A stretch of 64,000 nt of DNA, from the NCBI GenBank assembly GCA_964658305.1, contig OZ210885.1, positions 23,498,001 through 23,562,000 of the forward strand, given 5' to 3'. Made by a program: the position numbers and the translations under genes. The DNA comes from Leptogorgia sarmentosa. Taxonomy: Eukaryota. Below, in pieces: positions 9,965 to 21,524 of this stretch. Position 1 is the first letter of the stretch. Each line of letters begins with the position of its first letter. A model generated the notes under the pieces. The model searched no databases. It was not told where the DNA came from and saw only the letters and a list, made by a program, of their open reading frames with translations.

Positions 9965-12588
9965 TAGGACTGTTCGATATACCGAAAATATCGGTATGAA
10001 AAGCGATATCGGTATATCGATATCGGTTTTTCAGTTATACTGATATACCGAAATTTCTGATATATCGATTTTTTTGACCGGGAAAATTGTAATTACATTA
10101 CGAGACAGTATGGCATGTTATTGGACATATGGCTATTTTTAGTCCGCGCATATAAACAAATAAACACCATCGATTCCCATTCATGCACACTTTTCATGAT
10201 GGGGAAAAGAAGTCCCATATGGAGCTACTTCGAGCAAGGTTCGAATACAATGGGAAACTACAGCTGTACATTGTGCAAAATGAAAGTGAATGCTGTGGCA
10301 ACAGTAATACATCAAATCTGAGACATCATTTAAAGCAACACCACCCACAAGAGCATGCAATGATTAATATTTCACAAAATTCTCAACGCACGAGTACATC
10401 GACAGCAAGCCTTGAAAGCGAGAAATCAGTAAATGACGAACAATCTCCGATTGCAGCAGCATTTGCAAAATCGTCTGAGTACAAAAAGGAAAGTAGCAAA
10501 TGGAAATCGTTGACTGACGTTGTAACATTTTGCATCGCAAAGGATGCACTGCCTATAAGCACCGTAGAGAAGCCAGGTTTCTTACATATGTTGAAACAGT
10601 TCGACCAATGATATACTCCGCCAAGCAGGAAAACCATGTCCAAAAATTATCTTCCAAAGCTGTACGACGTAACGCGCGACAAAGTTCTAACCAAATTAAA
10701 AGATGTTCAACACTTTGCATTCACGACGGACATGTGGTCATCGCGAGGAATGACCCCGTACTTGGGCTACACAGTTCACTTTATCGATAATTCGTGGAAA
10801 CTCCAGCAAATCAATCTTGGCAGTCGCTTCGTCCCTAATGATCACACTGCTGAAACAATCGTTCAGGCCATGCAGGATATGTTAGAACAGTGGAAGCTCG
10901 ACCCAAACAAGCAAGTGTGCATCACCACTGATAATGGGACCAACATGAAGAAAGCAGTTCAAGATTTGGGGTGGAGTCATCTGTCCAAGCTTTGGCTATA
11001 ACCTAAACCTGGCAATTACAAACTCCTATTCGCAAACGCATAACCCTGGAATTCATCGTCGAGTAAAAAGAGCTTTAGGAGTAGCCCACCAAATCGTAGC
11101 AGCGTTTAATAAAAGTTGGGGAAAAAAACGAGATCTTCGTGAAGAATTAGTGAAACAAAACAAAGAACAGAAATCTCTGATTTCAGATTGCGACACACGG
11201 TGGGGCTCAACTCAAGCGATGGTCAAACGCCTTCTTTATATGGAAAATGAAGTGAAACAAGTACTGGTCAGCGATCGAAAAACTGCTCATCTCGTTCCGT
11301 CATGGCAAGACACCACTGTCTTAGAATCATTTAACGACGCGATGGAGCCACTGGCAGAATTAACAGATATTATGTCTGGTAGCAAGTATGTGACGGCTTC
11401 TTGTGTCAGCGCAATGTTACAGCGGCTTGAGAGACAGATACTCGCAATTAAATCCTCGGAAGGAGAGATCGATTCTGAAGATCTACTCTCAAATCAACTT
11501 CGGCAAAACGTATTAAACGACCTGCTTCCAAGATACACGTCCAACGAAACAGTCCTATTGCTGAACGTCACATCTTTTCTGGATCCTCGGTTTAAGGCTA
11601 GATGTCTAACATTGGCAGAGAAGCGAAATGAAGATAATGATTCTGGTGATGAATTCGAACACTATAGCGGTCATCAAAGCGAACTAAATTGCGTAAAGAA
11701 TCGTCTTTGCGAAGATTATGTGAGTCATATGGAAGAAATCGAAAGCAATGATACGCCAACTGAACGTGAAGAATCCGCAACAGTTATTGAGCCTTGTACC
11801 GGACCAACTCCCTCAAAGAGAAAGAAAACCGTAACGCTGGGAAGCTGGCTTGGCCATCACAACTCGGAATCTGCAACCGCTAGCGCTAGTTTGCCACATG
11901 CTATAGATCATAAGGAAAAGATAAGCCTAGAAATTGAGCTTTATGCGGCATTACCTTGCTCTGACTACGAGACTAACACGTTGACATGGTGGAGGGATCA
12001 TTTTCTTGTCTATCCCGCTTTAGCTTAATATGTTGCCAAAAAAAACCTGTGTATTCAAGCAAGTTCTTCCCCATCTGAGCGTCTGTTCAGTAAAGCAGGG
12101 CAAGTTATTACATCGAAAAGAACCCAACTTCACCCGGAAAAAGCAAACATGCTCATATTTTTGTCGGAAAACTTGTAAAACTCTGTTGCGAGGGTTGTTG
12201 CCATAAATATGACTTTAAACTGTAAACATTGTTAGCTTTTGAATGCTTCCTGTCAGGGCGGACGTCTCTTTAAACTGTTGAATGCTAGTTGAGTTTATTG
12301 ATTTGAATAAGTCTGAGTTTTTTATTGTCCGTTGTCCGTACTATGATTGCTTGTTGCGAAAGCAGTATTGACAGCCATATTTAAATGTGAGAATTTACCT
12401 GCGCTGGTTAATAAAAAGGTAAATGTTCTCATTTATTTTCGTTTGAATAGCATTTGGCGCCTATAACATGCTATTACAGACTTTAGCCTAAGATACAATC
12501 CTAATAACATACATAATATAAAAGGAAACAATCGGTATATTTTTTCCGGTATACCGATACCGGAAATTTCTCATACCGAACAGTCCTA
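9965..12588 (+). mobile_element. hAT (Ac/ZBED1-like) element, full length, inserted in an exon of the CARF-like gene
   Basis: TIR TAGGACTGTTCG / CGAACAGTCCTA. 8-bp TSD CCCCAGAT (9957-64) / CCCTAGAT (12589-96). ATACCG subterminal motifs. Confidence 0.93.
10196..12178 (+). pseudogene. ZBED1-like hAT transposase (frameshifts and stops)
   Basis: BED finger RSPIWSYF..CTLC..HLKQHH, TTDMWSS, TTDNGTN, CDTRWGS, FLDPRFK, SSPSERLFSKAG..RTQL. Confidence 0.92.
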
Positions 12589-15500
12589 CCCTAGATCCAA
12601 TAAGAGATTATATCCTTCAAAAACGACCATACGAAATCATATTTACATGGCAGCCGTCAAGGAAAGATTTTCGAAATTTGATCAAGAAAATCTCCAGAAG
12701 AAAATCGAGAGCTGGAGATTGAAGGACCCTAATGAGATGTTTTTTTTTTCACCCACTGGTCAAATACTATGCAGAGTCTTTGCCCTTCGAAGAAAGTATC
12801 AATGATAATGAGGAAGATGACGATGACAATGATAACATAGTTTTACCCGATTCAAAAAACGGACTGTTATTCGTCCATCAGACTGAGAACCAGAGGTGCC
12901 TTCTCCAGAGATACGGTAATGAACTTACTCTTCTGGATGCTACGTATAAAACGACAAAATACAGCCTCGCTCTGTTTTTCCTTGTGGTGAAGACCAATGT
13001 TAACTACCAAGTCGTGGGTTCTTCCGTTTTACAAAGTGAAACGTCGTACGCTATTACAGAGGCTCTCGAGGTTATCAAAGGCTGGAACAACAGATGGAAC
13101 CCAGCATACTTTATGGTAGACTACTCCGAAGAAGAAATGTCTGCAATCAAAAGGATATTCCCAGGTTAGTCGTAAAACCTATGATTAAACGAACTTTCAG
13201 AATTTCCAAAGCATATAATATATTATGATATCAACCTCATTTTCATCAACTTTCTCCTGGTAAAATAACATTAACTGCCATAATCTAAATAAGAATCTGC
13301 TAGCAGCCCATGTGATCATTCGACACGCCTTGTAAAAACACAGTAGAATGTCTCAACTAAGCAAAAATCTTGCATGTGTGCTCACTAGCTCTATTGCTTG
13401 TTCATTTATATAACCGTAACTCCAGAATACATGAAGAAAGGTGTTCTTAAAAACAACCACTCAAAATAAACAGTGTTTTTTAAACAGATACCCAGATATA
13501 CATCTGCGATTTTCATCGAGAGCAGGCCTGGGAACGGTGGCTATCTAAAACCAGCAATGGGCTAGTGTCGTTAAAGAAAGTGATCCTCACAAAACTACGA
13601 TCTATTGCCAGAGCCAGGGCGGAGGTTGATTACAACGAAAAGGTTGCAATTCTCCAGTCATCTGAAGAATGGAAGGCGAACCCAAAGCTGCGCAATTGGA
13701 TTGGCAAAACATGGTTGCCTCAATACAAGGCAAGCTGATTTCATATTTTTATTCGCCATATGTACTGCATGATCACACAGCAACTGAAGTTAAGTTTGGC
13801 AAGCTGCGATTTTAGGATTTGCTGAACGAAATTTTCATTTCGATGATATACATCACTTATCACATCGGCTAAACCTCTCTGGGCAAAGGAGAGCAAACTC
13901 CTGCTTACCGAAACTTGCAGATTCACCATTCTCCGAATTTTTGGGGGAACGGAATTTATAAGCATTTAAAGATAAATACAGTATTTTTAAATGATAAAAG
14001 AACTCACTATTTGCAGTTGGTGCAAAATACTGTGTTGAGAGTAACTCAGCATGGAGATCATTCTTCTGAGACTGAGAATTCACTGATACTGAAATGTAAA
14101 AATACTTTAATTAATCATTTTTTCTAATGGGGATTGTAGAAATGGGTATGGGCCTTTCGAAAAGATCGATTACTAATGATAATCAACACAAACAACGGCG
14201 TGGAAAGGCAAAATAAAGCGTTCAAGTACGAATATTTGGATGGCTACAAACATTCAACGTTGAGCGTCATGCTTACAGTGTTAATTGAAGACTTTCTGCC
14301 TGACCAATATTTTAAGTAAGTATACAACTTACACATCTTTCTCTTTCCATAAACGTAAACAATGCTCTGTGTTGGGACTTGCATTTCTTTCACCAAAATT
14401 GTAGTAAATGATAGTTTGAAGAGATTTTATCCTGTCTTTACCCAAAATGATCTGCAAAATTTTTCAACACTGTACAGGCTTTAGAATTGTGCACGATACT
14501 ATCTCAAATGGGAATGGCAATCACATTAAGAGTGTTAGTTTAACTTTGCAATCTTTTTGAAATTTCCTTTCATTTTTACAGATATGTCGAATTGAATACG
14601 AAATTACAGAGTAACTACCGGCAATACACTTCTGATATCCCGTCATACCTTCATGAAAGACCACACCCTATGATTAAACATTGCATGGAAAGGCTTGCTT
14701 CGTCAGAAGATACCCTGCCAGCCCACATCACCGTCGTTGACGAAATTCATGTAATGTTTAAAATTCGTAGCCAAAATGATTCCAGTAAGTTTTACGCATT
14801 GTCATTTGGAAGCGATGCAGGTGATCCTCCCAGCTGTGAGTGCTACGACTGGGAAAGACACAGATTGCCATGTAAACACTTTTTTGCGATATTCAAGAAC
14901 TTCCCATCGTGGTCATTCGACAAACTACCAAAGTTCTACATGGATTCTCAATTTCTGACGGTTGATCGAGTAGGTTTGGGAGATAAATTTGAAACCCTGC
15001 CAATTGACGAGGATAACCAATCTCATTCAGACAATCTTTTACAACCCACTGAAGCACTTGAGAAAAATAACAACCAAACAAGTACAGATGTTGAGAACAT
15101 TGCCCCCACTCCTATAGCTAAGCTTAAACGAACACAGAACAGAAGCAGCAAGATGCAAAGAAAGGTTGGGTCAGATAAAGAATTTAACTTATGTTGCTGA
15201 GGGCTGGGAAAATGCCAATGTCTTAAATAAAGTAAAGGCTAAATTGGATGAATGTTATCAACTTCTGAGGTTTCTCCCAAGGAGAACGGTTTAGTGTTAG
15301 AAGTGCCAGAGATAAAGAAATCTGTTCCGTGTTCCTCCAAAACCAATGGTAAAATCCATGCAACAAATCCATTTAAACCTGTCGCACAAGCATTAAAGAA
15401 AAATCCTTGGTCAGGTTGAAGCGACGCAAAGGCAACAACATTAAAATGATGTTATGTTTCAAGTTTGGTTGAAATTGAAGGGAAACAAGCAAAGATTGGG

Positions 15501-16611
15501 CGAACAGTTACAGACATGACAACTGAAGAAATAATCCCTCCCCTTTCTGAACCATCCCATCAATAAGCATCAGATTGTCTGGAGCTGGAAAAGGTAGTTC
15601 ATGCCCCAACACCAAAGCGTGGACATTTTAAAATCAGCGACATTGACAAGAATATAATCATCACCAGGAAAGAGCTTACAGATCACATCATTGGAGCTGC
15701 TCATAATGTTTTGCATAAGCAATTCCCTTCTGCCCTTGGTTCTTGCTTTAGAAAACACAACACTTGGCCCTCTTAACAATTTTTCTGCACACCATAGTAC
15801 TTTTTTTCAAATTTTACACACAGGTACTCACCACTGGGTTTTGGTATCAAATATTGGTTGCGAGCCTGCTTCAATCAATCTCTATGACTCTGTGTATCAT
15901 GGACGAATCAGCTCATCAACAAAAAGGCAAATTGCTAACCTACTCTTTGAGTCATCACCATCAATCACAATCAACATACCACATGTCCACTATCAACCCA
16001 ATTATGTGGATTGTGGTGTGTTTGCCATTGCATTCCTTGTGTCATTACTCTTCAATCAAGATCCAGGAACTTTGACATATAATGAAGGTTCAGTGAGATC
16101 ACACTTGTTGAAGTGTTTGAATGAAGGCAAGTTCACCCCTTTCCCTCTGGCTAAGATGAGAGAATCTGCAGACAAGAGCAAAATCCAGAGAAAGTTGAAA
16201 TTGTCACTGATGTGCAATTGTCGAATGCCATGGAACCAGAAATATCTTGAGAACCCAGATCTATGGTGCACACAATGTGAAAAATGCTTGGAGTGGTTCC
16301 ACAAGATGTGTTCCCCAACGATGCCAGATTCAGTTTTCCATAAAACAAATGCCACATGGAAGTGTCCGAAATGTATATGAAAAATCTGAGTGGGAGGTGA
16401 CTTAAAGTTCAGCATCCACAAGTAAAGCAATGTAAACCAACTCTAGGGAAAATATGAGAGGTGATATTGAAAGTTAAAAACTACATTCGATTGTCATGTA
16501 AATGAAAAATTATATGTGACTGGAACATCAATATGTATATATCTATACCCTAGGGGGTTAAGTGGCAGTTGGGGAATTTATGTTCACTACAGAACAGGCA
16601 ATTTTCACTTA

Positions 16612-16813
16612 AGGCCCTGTTACACGATGCTATTTTTCTTGCAACTTGCAATGCAATTCTGCTTTCAAGACATGTAATTTAGTGAAGACTGTTTGATTTG
16701 TACAGAATTCATTAGGAAAATCTAATGAAGACTCGTATTTGCCAATTTCACATCTCTTAATAGTAGAATTGCGATGCAAGTTGCAAGAAAAATTGCATCG
16801 TGTAACAGCGCCT
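16612..16813. mobile_element. PIF/Harbinger-type MITE (202 bp)
   Basis: About 50-bp imperfect TIRs AGGCCCTGTTACACGATGC..TTTTTCTTGCAACTTGCA and a TTA TSD (16609-11, 16814-16). Confidence 0.85.
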
Positions 16814-17129
16814 TTAAGGCCCATGGGTATTTGGTTTAAAATGTATATGGTTTTTCCCAAATACCCCAGCAATCACACCTTTTAAAAAGAACTGTGTACA
16901 TTTACTACACTACATGAACTATGTGTACATAAAGTATGACTGTAGATATGACTGTATTATTTTATTGTAACTTTCATATTGAGCTATATACTTACTTCTA
17001 AGTTCTGCCCGAACAGGCCACAAATTTGTGTGCTTTCAGCAATCAAAACAGATTGTTTAAAACCACAACATTCTCTCATTTTACAAAATTTATTAAATTA
17101 AAATTGTGGAAAGAATATACATACTAGGA

Positions 17130-17714
17130 ATTTTGAGCGTGCACGCATACTTTAATCACGCATGCCCACGCAACACGCAAGCATAGATCAAGATAACCTT
17201 CAGCTGTCGGAAAACCATCTTCGGAAGCAGTTTCCGAGGGCACCTACCTTCGCTGGATGTCCGATAGCGTATTCCGATTTAACCTGCAAACAGGAACAAC
17301 AAAAGCATCTCGCTGCTGATTGAGCTACTTCAACAGAATGTATCCAGTTTTTATATAGCGCCATTCATGAGTGGGCCATCTGTACAGTGCTCTGTACGCA
17401 TTTTCAATTTACAAATCGAAACGCTGATAAAACAGCACGCTGCCGTTTCAAATGCTTTATTAAATTACAACTGCACATTGACAGGCACCTGCAAAGTCAA
17501 GATTGTTTGCTTAAACCGTCGTACTTAAACACTGTAGTTCACATTTTCACAAAAATCACATCGAAACATCGCCTTCACTCCTCGAAGGCTGCCATCTTGC
17601 ATTATGTCATTGTAAGCAAAAGCTTGTCGCTGATTGGCTAGAAGCTAACAGGGTCATAGCATAGTATCTGCAAATGCAGATACAAAAACGATGGTGAGTC
17701 GCTTTCCCAGACCT
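17130..17714 (-). mobile_element. Orphan TTAA-flanked (Kolobok-like) terminus; left limit approximate
   Basis: On minus, TTAA|AGGTCTGGGAAAGCG is followed by CCAATCA and AAGATGGC promoter-like motifs. Confidence 0.4.
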
Positions 17715-18289
17715 TTAAAAATCTACTCGATCGCAACGATCATGCCCGTTCGGAACAACGTTCTTGAAAGCCTCAAACAAATGTAACTGAACTTCGGGAC
17801 TAATATTTATAAAACAACCCGACTGCAGGTCATAGTAAGCTACGCGAATTTGCTCGTCTTGTAATCGTAAATAACAAGGTATTGCCAACTTAATCTTCTG
17901 CAGCAGCAACGAATATTTCAAAATCGGCTCTTCCACAAAGAAACTAGCACAATGATCGCCAAAATAACGCACTAAAACTTGGAACATACTTCATAACTCT
18001 ACACATGCTCACAAATTAGCAATCGGCGATTTGCGGATTTTGCGATGCAATGGGATGCATTGTTATGTCAAAACTTACGTGATTTTGAGTACTCTTTCCT
18101 CAGCTATTTTTTTTGTTGTAAGCCAATCAGAGGTTTGTTTATATTATGTTTGAAATTTACAATTGTTAACGTGATATTTCCAATTACAGAATATTAATAC
18201 AATTTGCAATTTGTCGCGCCGTAGCAAATTGCTCAGAGCAATATGGGGAACAAAATAGCAATATTGCGTGACAATATTGCAATCTCACT

Positions 18290-19780
18290 CGCAACGGAAC
18301 ACCGGATTTGACTGTAATGTCACAGGTCAGTTATGTAAATTGACTGTTGATGAAGATGATATCCTAAGTGATGCTGTGGCATTCTACAAAAATCCATCAT
18401 TTGATCCTACAAGGCCTCTCCGTGTTTCATTTCGTGGTCAACCAGCCATCGACACAGGAGGAGTTTTATGTGTTTTTTTCCTCTGTGAAAGAACTGTGCT
18501 GCAGAACTATTTAATATGTTTGAAGGTCCACCTGGCAGATTGTTGTTCAGGTATGGTCAGTCTTGTCTGGCAGCTGGAATTCCAGCGATTTTGGGAAAAT
18601 TGGTGGCACAAAGTCTTGTACACGGTTGTGGTGGATTCCCATATTTGGCACCTTCACAATACTATTACATAGCAACTACGGACATACACAGAGCATATGC
18701 TTCCATATACAATGTGTATGACATAGACAAACGTGACATGCTGGACAAGGTATTGTACAACCATGTTGTCTATTCAGCTTATAAGTTACTGCAATAACAC
18801 ATTTGCAGTTGACAAACTGTTTGTATTCAGGCCACTGATAAGTTGTGGGGCAAATTACCAATGCTTAAAATTAGCCTAAGCCTGTCAAAATTGGAGTTGA
18901 CACCAACCCGTAGTATTTTCTTAATTACTGCCAGCCCTGACTTTATTTATAGCACCTTAAATAATTATTTGTTTGTTATATATATAATTATAGTTGATAT
19001 CACCTAAGGTAAATGAACTCCAAGAATTGAATTCATCTGAAGCATTTCTAAATGTTCTCCAAGATAGTGGATTGATAACCTTACCAAATGTATGTACAGT
19101 ATAATGTATTACTTTGCTTGAGGCATGCCTTATAGTGTCACTGTAAGTTCAATATTTTGTAATGTGTGTAGGTCGACAACAGCAATGCTATTGCTGAAGC
19201 CATGGTGTCCTATCATGTGCTGGTAAAGAGTGCCATCATGCTGGACAATTTTGCGAAGGGTCTGCAGACGCTAGGAATCCTTGACGAAATTAGGAAAAAT
19301 CCCAGCCAGTTTCAGGAAGTTTTCTTACACAGTGAGAATACTGTGAGTGCATCTGCTGTGTTGCAAAGTATCTCCTTCGAGTCGGAAAACACCACAATGT
19401 ATTCGATGCTAGCAAATTTCATAAATGATGCTAGTCAACATGGTATGTAACTGCAATTTGCATTATGTAGCACTTATGAGACTACTATGTTCCATGTTAC
19501 TGACAGTTTACAATTTCAAAGAGGCAGAAGAGTCAGCCGTCTTTTAATGTAATTTTATATCCTTTTAGAATTGGAAAGATTGTTAAAATTCATTACTGGC
19601 ATCAGCTCAGTACCATCTTCAGGTATTACTCTGGAGGTCAATCAAACATCAATTTTTGCCTCTACCCGTCTCATGAAGCTATGTCTGCCTGCAACACTAG
19701 AGACTCTTGACCAAGAATCATTCAACTCGAGCATGTCTGCAGCTATTCGACAAGAAGGCAAAGAATTTACTTCTTGCTGA
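18290..19780 (+). pseudogene. G2E3-like HECT E3 ubiquitin ligase, C-terminal half, spliced
   Basis: DEDDILSDAVAFYK..LRVSFRGQPAIDTGGV; GKLVAQSLVHGCGGFPYL; LDNFAKGLQTLGILDEIRKNP; C-lobe LLKFITG..FASTRLMKLCLP..EFTSC*. One frameshift near 18480. Confidence 0.85.
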
Positions 19781-20253
19781 CTTTCCTATACAGTCAGGAG
19801 TTTGTAGAACTACTTTCTATTGTTATGGTTTTATCAGCATAGGGAAAGACTATTATAAACATGTGGGTTTTTAAAATTGTTTGCCAATGCCAAGTGTTAG
19901 AGATTTTCGTACTTGCTCAATCCAGGCATTTTCAATATAAGTGTGCACATGTTTTTTACACATTTGGTATGAATTGTGGACCTAAAGTGTCCCCTGATAA
20001 ATCAAAATATGTGTCCTTGAGGATGAGAAATTGTTTACATGTACCAGTATCACTATGACCCATTGACCATAGATATACACAAAATATGTCTCTCTTTTCA
20101 TGGTTTATGGACATTTCTCCCCGAGAGGGGTTTTCCCTGCCAGATTATCTCATGCATTTGCCCCTCAAAAAACTTGACCCTGGATATGTATGGCACTGGA
20201 GTGTACTTAAGAGTGACATCTCACAAAAGTGATACCTGATTGGCTAGCACCAA

Positions 20254-20976
20254 CTATTTACATGAACCTTTAAGAAACCTGTTAAGAGCTGTAATATATT
20301 GTGTGATTCCATTGTCTCGTACTGCCTGAATTTCCCTTCTAATATGTTGTAATTGCCCATCTGTAATGTTAACTTCAGATTGTGGAACCACAACTTGGTA
20401 GTTTTGTTGTTGTTCTGGGACAGGACCATCTTCATCAATGCCTAAAATTGAGGGCTGGACTACATCTTGTACTGCGGTGGATGATGAACTGCTCTGAGTT
20501 ATCATTCCCCTGATCCACAACTGTTGTGGGGAAAAATTGCATTCAGTTGACACTGGATGATTGTTCCACCGTGAACAAAATTGATCCAATGCCTCATTAA
20601 TTAAGTCTAGATACACAAGTTGGAGAACAAACAGGTGCATCTCATTGTATGGATCTAGCACATTATTTCCCTCCAGGTATAAAAAAATATTCAAAAACCG
20701 AGAAACAATGACTCTAATGACATCACGCCAAAGTCGCTCAATATTTATTTATTATACTTCCACGATTGATACCCCTTCGCTGTAGCATATATCTTCCAAC
20801 TTCGCCGAGATGGTAGGTTGTACCTTTCAACTGTTGAATGAAATAGATTCAACACAGTTGCAGCGGTGTTGTTAGTCGACGCTTTCGAGAAAACAACTAA
20901 ACGTGAATAGCCATCAATACCCCCATGAATAACTATTCTGTAGGGATGAATTATTTTGTGATTTCCATCTATGTGC
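20254..20976 (-). pseudogene. rve/IS3EU-like integrase-core transposase, last exon, with internal deletions
   Basis: HIDGNHK..IHGGIDGYSR..NNTAATVL..LPSR, IERLWRDV, WNNHPVSTE..SPQQLW. Acceptor AG at 20977-78. The second catalytic Asp region is deleted. Confidence 0.85.
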
Positions 20977-21189
20977 CTAGAACACAAAAAACAAAACATT
21001 TCAGTGTAAGTTCTTGTGCACAACCCATTTAATTTTATCGAAATCTTTTTCATTTGCAAGATGGTGAGTCATCACTAAATGCAGTATTGTGTCAACAGGC
21101 TCATACTGTCAGTTTTTGGATTTCTATTCATATATTTATGTTGCATTGTAAGACAAAAGCTCCAAGCAAGTAAGTAAAGAATGGTCATC

Positions 21190-21516
21190 AAGCAAAATTA
21201 AATACAGGTCATCTAGTCAAAACTTTCAATCATCTACTGCCTGGTTACAACAAAATTCCAAATTTCGACTTTATCTCTATAAACAACAATTTGATGTAAT
21301 CTATATTAATGAAACTTGGCTTGATGCTACTATTTCCTAATCACGAAATTGGAATAAATGGCGGGGAGAAAACCAAAATGGCGGGGGAGAAAACCGAAAT
21401 GGCGGGGGAGAAGCTATTTACTTACGAAATTCTATCAATTATAAAATAAAAGAAGAGCTAATGTCGTGTGATCTTGAAACAATTACAGTTGAGATCTTTA
21501 AACCTATATCAAAATC
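21190..21516 (+). mobile_element. CR1/L2-type LINE, APE endonuclease 5' part
   Basis: FDVIYINETWLD..GGGEAIYLRNSINYK..LETITVEIFKP. Joins 32219 in frame (SKSFLVNCWYRPP) across the TSD. Confidence 0.85.
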
Positions 21517-21524
21517 CAGAGGAG

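Larger units (their letters stand above)
9271..16380 (+). pseudogene. Spliced CARF-like/MULE DDE transposase + SWIM finger + Ulp1-like cysteine protease + PHD finger
   Basis: LPFDHTPF..YCHHG; KIQELVIAGARSVKEVRRHL; LLDATYKTTKY; FMVDYSEEE; CDFHREQAWERW; NTNNGVERQN; SWIM CECYDWERHRLPCKH; HWVLVS..LYDS..QPNYVDCGVFA; PHD CNCRMP..CEKCLEWFHKMC..WKCPKC. Several stops and frameshifts. Confidence 0.85.
8459..16600 (+). mobile_element. Large TTAA-flanked DNA transposon encoding a CARF-like/MULE-domain transposase (right end not found; end approximate)
   Basis: Starts TTAA|GAGGCTGTCTC exactly where the hAT ORF breaks, and contains the spliced gene listed next. Confidence 0.55.

Noticed and set aside
9271..13169. 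Host CARF, or ZBED1/ZMYM1/HARBI1/KIAA1586 orthologues elsewhere in the window
   Set aside because: They are disrupted and embedded in TE context, several with TIRs and TSDs, so they are transposon copies. No gene symbols assigned.
8459..17714. Pairing the two TTAA ends as one element
   Set aside because: GAGGCTGTCTC and AGGTCTGGGAA are not matching inverted repeats, and the hAT ORF does not resume after 17718.
17720..18290. Short palindromes (GCAATTTG..CAAATTGC) suggesting another hairpin element; ORF 17715-17987
   Set aside because: Boundaries could not be defined and no protein motif was recognised.
21356..21412. AAATGGCGGGGGAGAAAACC repeats as regulatory sites
   Set aside because: Local tandem duplication of the LINE endonuclease GGG motif codons.
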